From an uncultured Chloroflexia bacterium (GTDB lineage: Bacteria > Chloroflexota > Anaerolineae > JAAYZQ01), in assembly GCA_963700285.1 (NCBI GenBank), contig CAVOXA010000001.1, positions 480,001 through 544,000 of the forward strand: a stretch of DNA of 64,000 nucleotides, written 5' to 3'. Shown piece after piece: positions 28,925 through 39,280 of the stretch. Numbering within the stretch: position 1 is the first letter of the stretch; each line of letters opens with the position of its first letter. Made by a program: the position numbers and the translations under genes. A model generated the notes under the pieces. That model did no database searches. It was not told the DNA's origin and was given only the letters and a program-made list of their open reading frames with translations.

Positions 28925-30118
28925 ATGAGCCGATCATCTCTGCCCCGCGTCTTCTATCGCAAGGGAGTTCCCCTCTGGCGGGACGCCGTGATCCTGCAAT
29001 GGGTTGCTCAGATCCTGTCCGCTATCGTCGTCATCGGCTTCATGGTCTTTTTCGTCAGCAATGTCCTCCAGGCGGCGGAAGCTCGCGGGCTAAGCTGGGG
29101 CTATGGTTTCCTAGACGAAGCTGCTGGTTTCCCCATAAGCGAGTCACTGATCCCCTACGACGCTTCCTACCCCTTTGTCCGCGCCTTCATCGTTGGACTG
29201 CTGAACACAATAAAGGTGTCCCTGGTGGGCGTTGTACTCGCCACGCTACTGGGTATACTCGCTGCCGTGTCCCGGTTATCCACGAACTGGCTGGTCAGCA
29301 AGCTCGCAAGCGTCTATATTGAAATCATTCGCAATGTTCCCCTTTTGGTCCAATTGTTCTTCTGGTATTTCGGTTTTTTCCAAACGCTCCCGCCGGTGAA
29401 AGATGCGTTGTCCCTGCCGGGCCCCATCTACCTCAGCCAGCGCGGTCTCTATATGGTCTGGGCCAAGCCGACGTCTACCTTTTGGTCCTGGATGGTTTTT
29501 GTCGGGGCGGCTCTGTTGCTCTCTGGGGTCGCGTACGTGATTCTGTCTCGGCACCAGCTCCGAACTGGCCGTACGACTTATCCCGTGGCCACGGCCCTTG
29601 TCTTGTTGATCATGCTACCGGTTATCGGCTGGTTCGCTATGAGCGCGAGGCCGCTGAGCAGTACAGTGCCGGAACTGGGCAAGTTCAATTTTGATGGCGG
29701 GCTCAGGCTGACGCCAGAGTTTGTTGGCTTGCTCGTAGGGCTGGTGGTCTACACCGGGGCCTTTATCGCCGAGGTCGTTCGGGCTGGGATCTTGTCGGTC
29801 GACAAGGGGCAGTTCGAGGCAGCCCGCGCCGTGGGTCTGTCCTCAATGCAGGTCCTGCGCTTGGTTGTCTTTCCCCAGGCCTTGCGTGTGATCATTCCCC
29901 CCTTGATCAGCCAGTACCTGAACCTGGCCAAGAACTCGAGCTTGGCCATCCTGATTGGCTACGCTGACGTGTTCTTCGTGGGTAGAACCATCATTAACCA
30001 GTCTGGACGGGCGGTGCCTGTATTCCTCTTGATTATGGCTATCTATCTGACCATTAGTACCATGACTTCCATCGTCATGAACATGTACAACCGTCGCGTG
30101 CGGTTGGTGGAGCGATAG
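28925..30118 (+). CDS. aapQ: Amino acid ABC transporter permease (AapQ/BztB-like)
   Basis: GLLNTIKVS, EIIRNVPLLVQL, EAA loop GQFEAARAVGL, KNSSLA. Confidence 0.88.
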   Translation: MSRSSLPRVFYRKGVPLWRDAVILQWVAQILSAIVVIGFMVFFVSNVLQAAEARGLSWGYGFLDEAAGFPISESLIPYDASYPFVRAFIVGLLNTIKVSLVGVVLATLLGILAAVSRLSTNWLVSKLASVYIEIIRNVPLLVQLFFWYFGFFQTLPPVKDALSLPGPIYLSQRGLYMVWAKPTSTFWSWMVFVGAALLLSGVAYVILSRHQLRTGRTTYPVATALVLLIMLPVIGWFAMSARPLSSTVPELGKFNFDGGLRLTPEFVGLLVGLVVYTGAFIAEVVRAGILSVDKGQFEAARAVGLSSMQVLRLVVFPQALRVIIPPLISQYLNLAKNSSLAILIGYADVFFVGRTIINQSGRAVPVFLLIMAIYLTISTMTSIVMNMYNRRVRLVER

Positions 30119-30120
30119 CG

Positions 30121-31344
30121 ATGAGTTCAACCGGTGAGACCTCCGGCCAGCGACCTGCTCCCCCGGGTGCGATCCAGTGGCTGAAAAAGAACCTATTCAG
30201 TACTTGGTACAATACGATCTTGACCTTCCTATCCCTCCTTGTCATTTACTCTGTATTGAAGGGCCTCCTCACGTGGGTTTTTACTGTTGCCGATTGGAGC
30301 CCGGTTACAGAGAGCCTCAGACTATTTGCCGTTGGCTTGTATCCAACGGAGGAGATGTGGCGCATTGGCGTGATCCTGGCCATGGTATCATTTCTTGCCG
30401 GTCTAAGCTGGGGCGTCTGGGGTGGCATCGTTCGTACTTTTGCCATCGCCGTGGGTGTGGGGTTCGTCGTCATTGCTCTTTTGCCCTTTGATCTGTCCCC
30501 CCCAAACGGCGATCCGCTGGATCTGACACTGCGCCTTGGGTTCCTGGCCCTCCCGGTCCTCATCGTGCTGGGTTTCCTGCTGGGAAGAACAGCAAAGATC
30601 TCCGGCCGTCTCGTTCTGATTCTCTGGCTCATTTCCTTCTTCCTGAGTCTCATCCTGCTGAACGGTTTTGAGAACAGTGAACTGCTCCCAAAAGTTGGTA
30701 CAGGTCTCTGGGGCGGGCTGCTTCTAACGTTTCTTCTGGCCCTGGTTGGCATCGTCGCTTCCTTTCCCATCGGGGTGGCCCTGGCCCTGGGTCGGCAGAG
30801 TTCCCTGCCTGTAGTCAAAGTGTTCTGTACCCTCTACATCGAGATCGTCCGAGGCGTTCCTCTGGTGACCATCCTGTTCATGGCCTCCATCATCTTGCCT
30901 CTCTTTCTTCCAGAGGATGTGCGCATCGACCGGGTGTTGCGAGCTATGTTGGGGATGACTCTTTTTTCCGCAGCCTACATGGCCGAGAACGTGCGAGGCG
31001 GCTTACAGGCGGTTTCTGCAGGTCAGGTCGAAGCAGCCAAGGCGGTAGGACTTACCGGTCTTCAGACCACAGCCTTCATTGTTCTGCCCCAGGCGCTCCG
31101 GGCAGTGATCCCGGCCATCGTCGGGCAGTTCATCTCTCTGTATATGGATACGACCCTGGCCATCATTGTCGGACTCATGGAACTACTGGCGGTGGGCAAG
31201 GCTGTCCTGCAGAGCAACCAGGAATGGCTCCTCCGTGACAAAGAGGTATACTTGTTCATCGCCGTTGTGTTTTGGATCTTTACCTATTCTATGTCCTATG
31301 CCAGCCGCAGGCTGGAGACCGCTTTGGGAGTAGGCGAGCGATGA
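30121..31344 (+). CDS. aapM: Amino acid ABC transporter permease (AapM/BztC-like)
   Basis: LKKNLFSTWYN, WGGLLLT, RGVPLVTILF, AENVRGGLQA, GQVEAAKAVGL. Confidence 0.88.
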   Translation: MSSTGETSGQRPAPPGAIQWLKKNLFSTWYNTILTFLSLLVIYSVLKGLLTWVFTVADWSPVTESLRLFAVGLYPTEEMWRIGVILAMVSFLAGLSWGVWGGIVRTFAIAVGVGFVVIALLPFDLSPPNGDPLDLTLRLGFLALPVLIVLGFLLGRTAKISGRLVLILWLISFFLSLILLNGFENSELLPKVGTGLWGGLLLTFLLALVGIVASFPIGVALALGRQSSLPVVKVFCTLYIEIVRGVPLVTILFMASIILPLFLPEDVRIDRVLRAMLGMTLFSAAYMAENVRGGLQAVSAGQVEAAKAVGLTGLQTTAFIVLPQALRAVIPAIVGQFISLYMDTTLAIIVGLMELLAVGKAVLQSNQEWLLRDKEVYLFIAVVFWIFTYSMSYASRRLETALGVGER

Positions 31345-31464
31345 TCCAGCCTTCTGTAAGTGGGGCAGGTACCTTGCACGCGAAGGGCCCTCTCGGGCCA
31401 GTTGAGTCAAGTTGGCCGGAAACCAACAAAAGTCGGTAAGCGGCTAGCTGTGGGGAGATCGATC

Positions 31465-32229
31465 ATGGTACAGGAACGAGTAGACGCCGGAGACGACATT
31501 ATCATCTGCCGGGATGTGGAAAAGTGGTTTGATGACTTTCACGTGCTGCGCGGGATCAGCATATCTATCAGAAAAGGAGAGGTGGTGGTCGTCGCTGGGC
31601 CATCGGGCTCGGGCAAGTCCACCTTTATCCGTACCATCAACCGTCTCGAGGAGCACCAGAAGGGCGACATCATCGTCGATGGTATCGAACTGACCAACGA
31701 CGTTCGCAACATTGCCGCCATTCGCAGCGAGATTGGCATGGTCTTCCAGTCGTTCAATCTCTTTCCCCACCTGACAGTGCGTGCAGAACATTACCCTGGC
31801 ACCCATACGGGTGCGCAAGTGGCCCAAGGACAAGGCCGACGAGACTGCCTACCAGGCTGCTGGACCGAGTGGGCATCCCCGAACAGGCCGACGAAATACC
31901 CGGGCCAGCTTTCAGGTGGTCAGCAGCAGCGAACGGCCATCGCCCGCGCCCTGGCCATGGAGCCCAAGATCATGCTCTTTGACGAGCCTACCTCGGCACT
32001 GGATCCAGAGATGATCAAAGAGGTCCTCGACGTCATGCGCGAGCTTGCTCAGTCTGGCATGACCATGATCGTTGTCACTCACGAGATGGGTTTTGCCCGC
32101 GAGGCCGCCGATCGCCTGGTCATGTTTGACGAGGGCCAGATCGTCGAGGCCGCGTCGCCTGATGAGTTTTTTGACAATCCCAAAGAGGACCGGACCAAGC
32201 TGTTCCTGAGCCAGATATTGACACACTAG
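31465..32229 (+). CDS. aapP: Amino acid ABC transporter ATP-binding protein (AapP/GlnQ-like); three compensating +1 insertions (~31781, ~31855, ~31893)
   Basis: [35 protein letters not shown]. The garbled middle resolves to [14 protein letters not shown]...[15 protein letters not shown]. Confidence 0.9.
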   Translation: MVQERVDAGDDIIICRDVEKWFDDFHVLRGISISIRKGEVVVVAGPSGSGKSTFIRTINRLEEHQKGDIIVDGIELTNDVRNIAAIRSEIGMVFQSFNLFPHLTVRAEHYPGTHTGAQVAQGQGRRDCLPGCWTEWASPNRPTKYPGQLSGGQQQRTAIARALAMEPKIMLFDEPTSALDPEMIKEVLDVMRELAQSGMTMIVVTHEMGFAREAADRLVMFDEGQIVEAASPDEFFDNPKEDRTKLFLSQILTH

Positions 32230-32261
32230 CGCTCCGGCGCTATAATCCAATGCAGTCTCTT

Positions 32262-32287
32262 GCTGACCGGCCTACAGGCCGGTCAGC
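32262..32287. terminator. 11-bp hairpin after the ABC operon
   Basis: gctgaccggcc-taca-ggccggtcagc; weak U tail. Confidence 0.4.
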
Positions 32288-32305
32288 TTGCGCGTTGGAG
32301 GAAGA

Positions 32306-33148
32306 TTGAAAATCAGCCTGGCCACGGGTACACTTTACGTTTACCCTCTTCGAACGGTATTCCGCTGGGCCCGAGCGTGTGGCTTTGATGGGGTCGAGTT
32401 GTCGGTCAATCCCGAGGCCATCCTACGTGGAGGCCGGGCCCTGCAGCAGTTGGCCGTACAGGCAGGCGTCAAAATCCTATCGGTACACCCGACTGTAGTA
32501 CCGCTGCCTGGGTGGTGGGAGCGCAGAGATGGGATGGGGCCTACCATCCGGCTGGCGATGGACACCGGCGCCGGTGTCGTGGTGATGCACACCCCACGTG
32601 CCGAAAGCCTGGATGCAGGGGACGGACTTGCATTCCGGCAGCGGATCGAAACCTGGCAGCCACGCCTGGCTGGTACCGGTCTGAGGCTGGCTGTTGAAAA
32701 CAAAGCCATTCACCACGAGGCAGCACGGCGATACGCCCTCAGCCCACTGGATCGGCTTTGCGCTTTTGCCGATCGTTATGATCTGGGGCTGGTATTGGAC
32801 ACAACCCACGCCGGCACAGCAGGTGAGGACCTGCTGCAGGCGCGCAAGATCTATGATGGGAGGCTGGTGAACGTCCACTTGAGCGATATCGGAGGCCGGA
32901 TGCTCCTGGCAAAGTTGCCTCACGCCAGGAAATACGTCGGTGAGCACCGTCTCCCAGGGGCAGGCGATCTCGCGTTGGAGGGGCTGCTCGTCAGCCTTGC
33001 TGGCGAGGGTTACTCTGGCCTCTTAACCCTTGAGGCGAACCCCATTGAGGTGAGGATCTGGTGGCCTCCAGCCGTACGTCGCCATTTGGCGCAGGCTGCT
33101 GCCTGGATGCGGCGAGCAACCGGGCTGCGGGGGGAATCGACTTTCTAG
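32306..33148 (+). CDS. Sugar phosphate isomerase/epimerase (xylose isomerase-like TIM barrel)
   Basis: GFDGVEL, AVEN, LDTTH, VHLSD, HRLPG, TLE; TTG start after GGAGG. Confidence 0.82.
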   Translation: MKISLATGTLYVYPLRTVFRWARACGFDGVELSVNPEAILRGGRALQQLAVQAGVKILSVHPTVVPLPGWWERRDGMGPTIRLAMDTGAGVVVMHTPRAESLDAGDGLAFRQRIETWQPRLAGTGLRLAVENKAIHHEAARRYALSPLDRLCAFADRYDLGLVLDTTHAGTAGEDLLQARKIYDGRLVNVHLSDIGGRMLLAKLPHARKYVGEHRLPGAGDLALEGLLVSLAGEGYSGLLTLEANPIEVRIWWPPAVRRHLAQAAAWMRRATGLRGESTF

Positions 33149-33363
33149 CCCTCGGCTTCTGCGTCGCTATCCCCTTCTACGGCTTCCGGTTCAGGCAGGC
33201 GTACCCGTTTGAGAGAAATCTTGATTGCCTGCCGGCATTGAGGGCACTCGGTCGTATAGTGGGCTGGCTTCCGGGCAATCCCCTCCACAGCCAGCGCGTT
33301 GGCAACATATTGCTCAGTCAGTTGAAAAGCATTGCCGCACTTGAAGCACCGGACTTTGAGCAT
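33145..33363 (-). CDS. Small Zn-finger hypothetical protein (72 aa)
   Basis: CFKC...CPQC, acidic tail; GGAGAG RBS; own promoter upstream. Confidence 0.72.
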   Translation of the reverse strand: MLKVRCFKCGNAFQLTEQYVANALAVEGIARKPAHYTTECPQCRQAIKISLKRVRLPEPEAVEGDSDAEAEG

Positions 33364-33461
33364 GATTCTCTCCACAACCGATGCCCAGATATCTTGAGTG
33401 AGGGCATCGGCGAACACAGGCGGGCAGTACCACGAGGGTATGGCCCTCTCTTGTAACAACC

Positions 33462-33490
33462 AGTATAGCATCTCTCCAGTGTCCTGTCAA
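33462..33490 (-). promoter_or_regulatory. Sigma70-type promoter of the Zn-finger gene
   Basis: Minus strand TTGACA-N17-TATACT with extended TG. Confidence 0.65.
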
Positions 33491-33619
33491 AGCATCGCGG
33501 ACCAGCACCAGGCTGTTGTACCTCCGCCTGGCATGGGGGAGTCTTTGATCAAAGGGCATGAACACCGCGATTCGGATCACTTCTGCCGGATGGTAGCGTT
33601 TGTCCAGAGAGGATGGGGT

Positions 33620-34618
33620 ATGAAGGACTTCTATGAACTCACCAACCGTGGCCAGGCGTTGCGCCTGCGCAAGATGGCGTTGGTCGCACTCCAGCACTAT
33701 GATCTAGATGTGGAGCGCGTTCGCCTCATGAGCAATGACTTCAACGGTATCTTTCGAGTGGACACGTTTGGTGGTGAGAAATTTATCGTGCGCGTCTGCC
33801 TGCCAGAGGGTGGGCACAGCCTCATAGAGGTCCGCTCGGAGATGATGTGGCTGGCAGCACTGCAGCGGGACACGGACCTTGGTGCCCCTCAACCACAGCC
33901 CACCCGGGACGGTGATCTGGTGACGACAGTGGAGCTAGCTGAGGTTCCAGGGCCGCGTCATTGCGTGGTTTTTGGCTGGGCACCTGGTCCAGATCTGGCA
34001 GACAGGCTGACGGTGGAGAATGTTTCCAAACTGGGCGAGCTTGCCGCCCGCCTGCATCAGTACACGATCAGCTTCAGCCCTCCAGATGGTTTCTACATCA
34101 AGACGGCGGATAAGGTCTTTCCTTGCGGGGAACCTGTGGTCCTCTTTGAAAAGGACCACCACCAGCTTATGCCATCAGAGAGACGCGATGTCTTTCAAAG
34201 CGCCGTGGAGTGCGTCGAGACGGCCATCGAGGGACTTTATGCTGACAGGCGAGGTCTGCGGGTCTTGCATTGCGACTTGCATCAGTGGAACATCAAAGTC
34301 TTTCGGGGCAAGCTGTATCCAATTGACTTTGAAGATCTGATGTGGGGCCATCCAGTCCAGGACATCGCTATTACCCTCTACTATCTACAGGGTTACGAGC
34401 AGTATCCTGCGCTGCGCGCGGCGTTTAGGCGCGGATACACCCGGCACAGTAGCTGGCCGGAACAGTACCCCGGGCAGATCGATGCCTTTATTGCCGGACG
34501 CGGGTTAGAACTGGCCAACTTTGTCCTCCAGGATCCCAATCCGGATTATCGGAATGAAGCGCCGGCTTTCATCGAGCGCACCGAGGGTCGGCTCCGGGCT
34601 TTTCTGGAAAGCCGTTAG
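33620..34618 (+). CDS. APH/RdoA (homoserine kinase type II-like) phosphotransferase
   Basis: Brenner motif LHCDLHQWN and PIDFED. Confidence 0.85.
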   Translation: MKDFYELTNRGQALRLRKMALVALQHYDLDVERVRLMSNDFNGIFRVDTFGGEKFIVRVCLPEGGHSLIEVRSEMMWLAALQRDTDLGAPQPQPTRDGDLVTTVELAEVPGPRHCVVFGWAPGPDLADRLTVENVSKLGELAARLHQYTISFSPPDGFYIKTADKVFPCGEPVVLFEKDHHQLMPSERRDVFQSAVECVETAIEGLYADRRGLRVLHCDLHQWNIKVFRGKLYPIDFEDLMWGHPVQDIAITLYYLQGYEQYPALRAAFRRGYTRHSSWPEQYPGQIDAFIAGRGLELANFVLQDPNPDYRNEAPAFIERTEGRLRAFLESR

Positions 34619-34755
34619 CGCTGTCAGGGCGCGGTACAATCGGCAACCTGTCTGACGAGTTGTGAGGGTCCTTGGCATGGTCGCTATCGCCTCGGTTCAG
34701 ACCAACCCAGCGCTATCAGGTATACTCAACCAGCTGGCAGCATGCCGTCCACAGA

Positions 34756-35667
34756 TCAAGCCTTGATTTCGTGTTGAGGTTTGGTTGCACCGAGTTCTGC
34801 GCGCGAGGCGACATAGATACCAGCGAGGACCAATGCACCGCCAATGACAATGGCCGAAGTGAATGCTTCGTCGAGGAGCAGAAAGGCCAGGATCGCGGAC
34901 CCGATGGGTTCGGCCAGGGTAATAATGGAGACATAGGTGGCCGACAGCAGGTGCAGTGCCCAGTTGAGCGTTGTGTGGCCGACGAGCTGCGGGATAAGGC
35001 CCAGGGCCAGCAGCCAGACGTAGGCAGCAGGGCTGAAGCCAAACATCGGTTGCCGAGTCGCGATCACCAGAACGAGCACGGTGACTATTGCTACGCCATA
35101 CACCAGCGACACGTACACGATGAGGGACCGGCGGGCACGTACCTTGCGGCCGATCATCAGGTAGCCGGCTATCATGACCGCGCCGGCCAGCGCCAGTAGA
35201 TCGCCCAGTAGCTGGTCTTGGCCCTGGCCCAGGTCGGCCCAACTGATAACGATACTGCCCACCGCGGCCACGACGATACCCATGGCCAACAGGTAGCTCG
35301 GTCGCTCGCGTAAAAAGATCCAAGAGCCAAGGCCGACAAAAACAGGCCCCATGGAGACCAATATGACAGAACTGGCAACTGAGGTATAGCCCAGAGATGC
35401 GATCCAGGCTGCAAAATGAAGCCCCAGGAATATCCCGGAAGCCACCACCAAGCCTACTTCACTGCGTGAGAGATCCTGGATTTCGTCGCGGTGCTTGAGC
35501 CAAGCATAGGGCAGCAACATTGCTGCAGCGACGATCAGGCGCCAGGCAGCGATGGACAGACTGGGTACGCCCTCGGCCTGGGCCAACCGGATGAAAATCG
35601 AGGCGAAAGAGATGGCGACGATGCCCAGGCTCAGGTTGAGCAGGAATCGGGTGCGAGAGACTTCCAT
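34756..35667 (-). CDS. DMT/EamA family transporter
   Basis: Ten TM helices in two repeats; TSVASS, GDLLAL, EPIGS. Confidence 0.9.
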   Translation of the reverse strand: MEVSRTRFLLNLSLGIVAISFASIFIRLAQAEGVPSLSIAAWRLIVAAAMLLPYAWLKHRDEIQDLSRSEVGLVVASGIFLGLHFAAWIASLGYTSVASSVILVSMGPVFVGLGSWIFLRERPSYLLAMGIVVAAVGSIVISWADLGQGQDQLLGDLLALAGAVMIAGYLMIGRKVRARRSLIVYVSLVYGVAIVTVLVLVIATRQPMFGFSPAAYVWLLALGLIPQLVGHTTLNWALHLLSATYVSIITLAEPIGSAILAFLLLDEAFTSAIVIGGALVLAGIYVASRAELGATKPQHEIKA

Positions 35668-35770
35668 GATCGGCTCCTTGGCTCAGGCTTGTCCGAGCCA
35701 TTGAGTTGCGCTGCCGATAGTTGGACCATTATACCAGGACTTGGCACAGGAAGGAAGAAAGCGAGGACTG

Positions 35771-36268
35771 ATGCGGCCTGAAGAGATCACCAAACTCAAG
35801 GACAGGATCAGGGCGGCGCGGGTCAAGTTGCTGGCCTCGGTGAATGACCTGAACGAGGCTGCCTGGGACTGGAGGCCGGAGGACGATCGTTGGTCGGTGA
35901 GATTGACTCTGGCCCACGTGGGGTCAGCTCAGTGGGATCACCTCGACGTACTCAATCGTTTGCTTTCTGGTGAGCCGACTGCCATGTCAGATTTCGATCT
36001 AGATGCCTGGAACGCGGCCAGTGTGGCCAGACGGGATGATTGGGTACCAGCCCGCATCCTGGCTGACCTGGAGGCTGCCCAGCAGGAGACGATGGCCTTC
36101 CTGGATAGGCTCGATGATGGACAATTGGTAGTAACTGGTACACATCCGGCCCTGGGCAGGATCAGCGTGGCCCAGGTGCTCAGGATCATTGCCCTGCACG
36201 ACGGCCTGCACCGGCGGGATGTGCTGCAACTGCTGCGCGAGATGGATGAGCACGAGACCAGTCGCTGA
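35771..36268 (+). CDS. DinB/YfiT family protein
   Basis: WSVRLTLAH, HPALG, HDGLH (His triad). Confidence 0.8.
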   Translation: MRPEEITKLKDRIRAARVKLLASVNDLNEAAWDWRPEDDRWSVRLTLAHVGSAQWDHLDVLNRLLSGEPTAMSDFDLDAWNAASVARRDDWVPARILADLEAAQQETMAFLDRLDDGQLVVTGTHPALGRISVAQVLRIIALHDGLHRRDVLQLLREMDEHETSR

Positions 36269-36340
36269 CTATTGTCTGTTACAGTGCGCCAACCTGTTTT
36301 CCACGCCTTGCACAGCTCATGGATACCTCTGGTATCGGAT

Positions 36341-36368
36341 TTGACATGCCCTGGATGTTGGGTATAAT
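36341..36368 (+). promoter_or_regulatory. Consensus sigma70 promoter
   Basis: TTGACA-N16-TATAAT, followed by GGAGGTG RBS. Confidence 0.75.
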
Positions 36369-36401
36369 GGCAAGGTGCTCGCTAGGAGGTGATCGACGAG
36401 A

Positions 36402-39104
36402 GTGAAACTTGACTACGTCGGAAACGCTCCGTTTTTCTCTGCTCTGACGGAGCAGGAACAGGAACGCGTTTCCCAACAGATGCACCTGGAACACCGCCGC
36501 ACAGGCGATGAATTGTTTCAACCCGGCGATGATAGTACAGCGCTGTATTTGATCAAGTCGGGGTGGGTTCGCCTGAGTACTGAAGGCGGTATGGCGCTCG
36601 CCAGCCAGGGGCCTGGTAGCCTGGTTGGTGAAACGGATCTATTCTTTGACAAGCCCCGCTCCCTTGGTGCCAAAGTAGCAACAGATGCCGAGCTTTGGGT
36701 CCTCACCAAAGAAGACCTGATCGGATTGATGGCCGAGTCTCCCCAGATTGGCCTCAAGCTCGCTGTGGCTTTCGGCTCCCGTCTTGCCCTCTTTGACCAA
36801 TACCTCTGCGACCATCGTCTGAAGCCTCTCCCGTTCCTTTCGGGTTTGGACGGCGATGCTCTGGCGGCTATCGCCCACCGGCTGGTTCCGGTGGAAAAGA
36901 GTGAGGGCGAGTTTGTTGTGGAGGCGGGGCAGCCACCAGAGGCGCTGTTCATTGTTGAATCTGGACTGGTACGCCTCCCAAGTTCCGAGGAAGGTGGAGA
37001 TTTTTCGGAGCTTGGCGCCGGTGAGACTTTTGGCGAACTGGCTGTCCTGACCGGAAAGCCGCATGCACGGGCGGCGCAGGCTGCCACAGATGTTGTTCTC
37101 TGGGCCTTACCTGTTACTGAGTTTGAGTCCTTGGCGGTTGAATGCCCCGATGTCCGCTTGGCCCTCAGCGAGGCCTTCCGAGAACCGTTGTCTCCCCAGG
37201 ATCTGAACCTGGCGATGGAACGGTTGTCCGGTATGCGCTTGTTCTCTGGTCTCTCGGAGGAGGGCCTCTGGAATGTGGCCCAACGACTGCTGCTGCGCCA
37301 CGTGCCGGCAGGCGAACAGATCTATGCCGAGGGAATGCCAGGTGATGCACTCTATGTGATGGACACGGGCCGGGTCGAGATTGGACCGGATAGGCAGCCA
37401 GTAGAGCCGGGCGAGTTCTTTGGCGAGATGGCGCTCCTGACGGGCAAGCCGCGTTCGTCAGCCGCCACAGCGACTGAGCATACCAATCTGTGGGTCCTTT
37501 ACCGCTCTGATTTTGACGACCTGGTGAACCGGTATCCCGCGATCAGTGTGGGTCTCAGCAAGGAGCTCAGTGAGCGCCTGGCTGAGATGGATCGTCGCTT
37601 TACCGAGAGTCACTTGCGTGGCCTCAAGTTGTTGGCTGGCCTATCCTCGGCCCAACTTCAGGATATCAGCCACCGGCTGAAGCCGGCTCGATTCCGGCAG
37701 GCAGAAACCATCATCCAGGAAGGCCAGCCCGGCGACGAGATGTACTTCATCGAGTCTGGCCAGGTGCGGGTGTTGAGGACGCACGGGGCCCAGATTCTGG
37801 TCCTGGCCGAGATGGGCGCGGGCGATCTCTTTGGTGAGATGGCGCTTCTTACGGGAAAACCCCGGTCTGCTACTGTCACGGCTTTGACGGATGTGAACCT
37901 GTGGGTCTTGGGCCAGTCCGACTTTGACGAGTTGGTGACCAGCTATCCCACCCTCGCTCTGGCGCTCAGCCGCCTGTTGAGCGACAGGCTGAGCAGTACG
38001 GACGCCCACATCCTGCAGCAGCCAGCAATGGCTGTGCCAGCCGCGGCTTCGCTGCAACCCGCAGCCGCGCCCGTTGTCGCTGTACCGCTTCCGGTGGCCG
38101 CGTCAGTACCCCAGGCCCGCACGGCACCGCGTCCGCGACCAGCGCCAAAGCCCACGCCGCGACCGACCAGGGCAAAACCCGCGCAAAGTCTCACGTCTGA
38201 ACTGGGTGAATCGTTCAATGGCCTTGTTGGCTGGTTCGGCAGCCTCAGCCGTGGCGCCAAGGTGCGATTGGTTGTGGTTTCCATGCTCTTGGTTTGGCTG
38301 GTGTGCATTGTTGCGCCCGCCTTCTTGATCTCGACTCTGGCCGCTGAGGAAGTGACCAACCTGCAGGGTGCCATTGCCTTTGTGCAAACCGAGACCCCAT
38401 TGCCGACTGACACACCTCTTCCGACCATGACACCCATCCCGCCTACACCTATGCCGATTCCACCTACTCAGACGCCTCTGCCGACCACGACCCCGCTTCC
38501 GCCAACGCCGACTCTGGTCCCACCGACTGCCACTCCTGTGCCAACTGAGACACCTCTGCCGCCAACGCCAACGCCTGAACCGCCTACCGCCACGCCTGAA
38601 CCACCGACTGCCACGCCCGTCCCGACCAGGGCCGCGGCGCAACCTGCCAGGTCGTCTGCTGCAAGTGGGCCGGCGCCCAAGCCAAAGCCACCCCGCGAAC
38701 TCGATCCCAGGTTGCCCGCCCTGAATGTGGGTATTCAGGAGCCGAATGTCCAGCCGGGACAGAGCTACTGGCGTCTGGTTAAGGCCTTCTGGCAGAACAA
38801 AGAGGAGTCGGGCAACGACCATACCGTCTACCTTGAGGTTCTGGATGAAGGCGGCAGCCGTATCGTAGGCCAGCCGATAGAGATCCGCTGGCAGGATGGC
38901 AGCCTGGTCGTCGTTACTGAGGACAAGCCAAGGCCCGAGTATTCGGCCAACTTTCCTATGTTTGGAACCCTGGGTTCATACTCTGTGAGTGTTCTTGGCC
39001 TGCCCAGCGACACGATGGTGGGTCTGGGCATGGGTACGCCTGAACGCCCGGATTTCACCATTCACACCAATTTTCTGCTTACGTTCCAACGGGTCAAGCG
39101 CTAG
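36402..39104 (+). CDS. Membrane protein: four cyclic-nucleotide-binding domains, one TM helix, Pro/Thr stalk, extracellular beta domain
   Basis: Cassettes VGETDLFFDKPRS, FGELAVLTGKPHA, FGEMALLTGKPRS (twice); TM VVVSMLLVWLVCIVAPAFLI; PPT(P/A)TP repeats. Confidence 0.85.
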   Translation: MKLDYVGNAPFFSALTEQEQERVSQQMHLEHRRTGDELFQPGDDSTALYLIKSGWVRLSTEGGMALASQGPGSLVGETDLFFDKPRSLGAKVATDAELWVLTKEDLIGLMAESPQIGLKLAVAFGSRLALFDQYLCDHRLKPLPFLSGLDGDALAAIAHRLVPVEKSEGEFVVEAGQPPEALFIVESGLVRLPSSEEGGDFSELGAGETFGELAVLTGKPHARAAQAATDVVLWALPVTEFESLAVECPDVRLALSEAFREPLSPQDLNLAMERLSGMRLFSGLSEEGLWNVAQRLLLRHVPAGEQIYAEGMPGDALYVMDTGRVEIGPDRQPVEPGEFFGEMALLTGKPRSSAATATEHTNLWVLYRSDFDDLVNRYPAISVGLSKELSERLAEMDRRFTESHLRGLKLLAGLSSAQLQDISHRLKPARFRQAETIIQEGQPGDEMYFIESGQVRVLRTHGAQILVLAEMGAGDLFGEMALLTGKPRSATVTALTDVNLWVLGQSDFDELVTSYPTLALALSRLLSDRLSSTDAHILQQPAMAVPAAASLQPAAAPVVAVPLPVAASVPQARTAPRPRPAPKPTPRPTRAKPAQSLTSELGESFNGLVGWFGSLSRGAKVRLVVVSMLLVWLVCIVAPAFLISTLAAEEVTNLQGAIAFVQTETPLPTDTPLPTMTPIPPTPMPIPPTQTPLPTTTPLPPTPTLVPPTATPVPTETPLPPTPTPEPPTATPEPPTATPVPTRAAAQPARSSAASGPAPKPKPPRELDPRLPALNVGIQEPNVQPGQSYWRLVKAFWQNKEESGNDHTVYLEVLDEGGSRIVGQPIEIRWQDGSLVVVTEDKPRPEYSANFPMFGTLGSYSVSVLGLPSDTMVGLGMGTPERPDFTIHTNFLLTFQRVKR

Positions 39105-39123
39105 GGTCTTCCAGACGAAAAAC

Positions 39124-39151
39124 AAGGGGCGGACATCTGTCCGCCCCTTTT
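39124..39151. terminator. Rho-independent terminator, probably bidirectional
   Basis: aaggggcggac-atct-gtccgcccctt-tt, with an A-run upstream, between convergent genes. Confidence 0.75.
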
Positions 39152-39280
39152 CATTTCAGATCTTGTCCGCACCATAGGCTCACTGGACTGATCGGCCTTG
39201 CTTTGGGAGCTAACTGGCCTGGATGCCCGTGATTCTCGAACTTGTTCTGCGGCCTCCTCCCAGACATGGAGCCGGGGAGC

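Noticed and set aside
38390-38630. Tandem repeats (also about 10120-10260) as a CRISPR array or VNTR
   Set aside because: They are degenerate codon-level repeats encoding Pro/Thr stalks, with no constant repeat-spacer structure.
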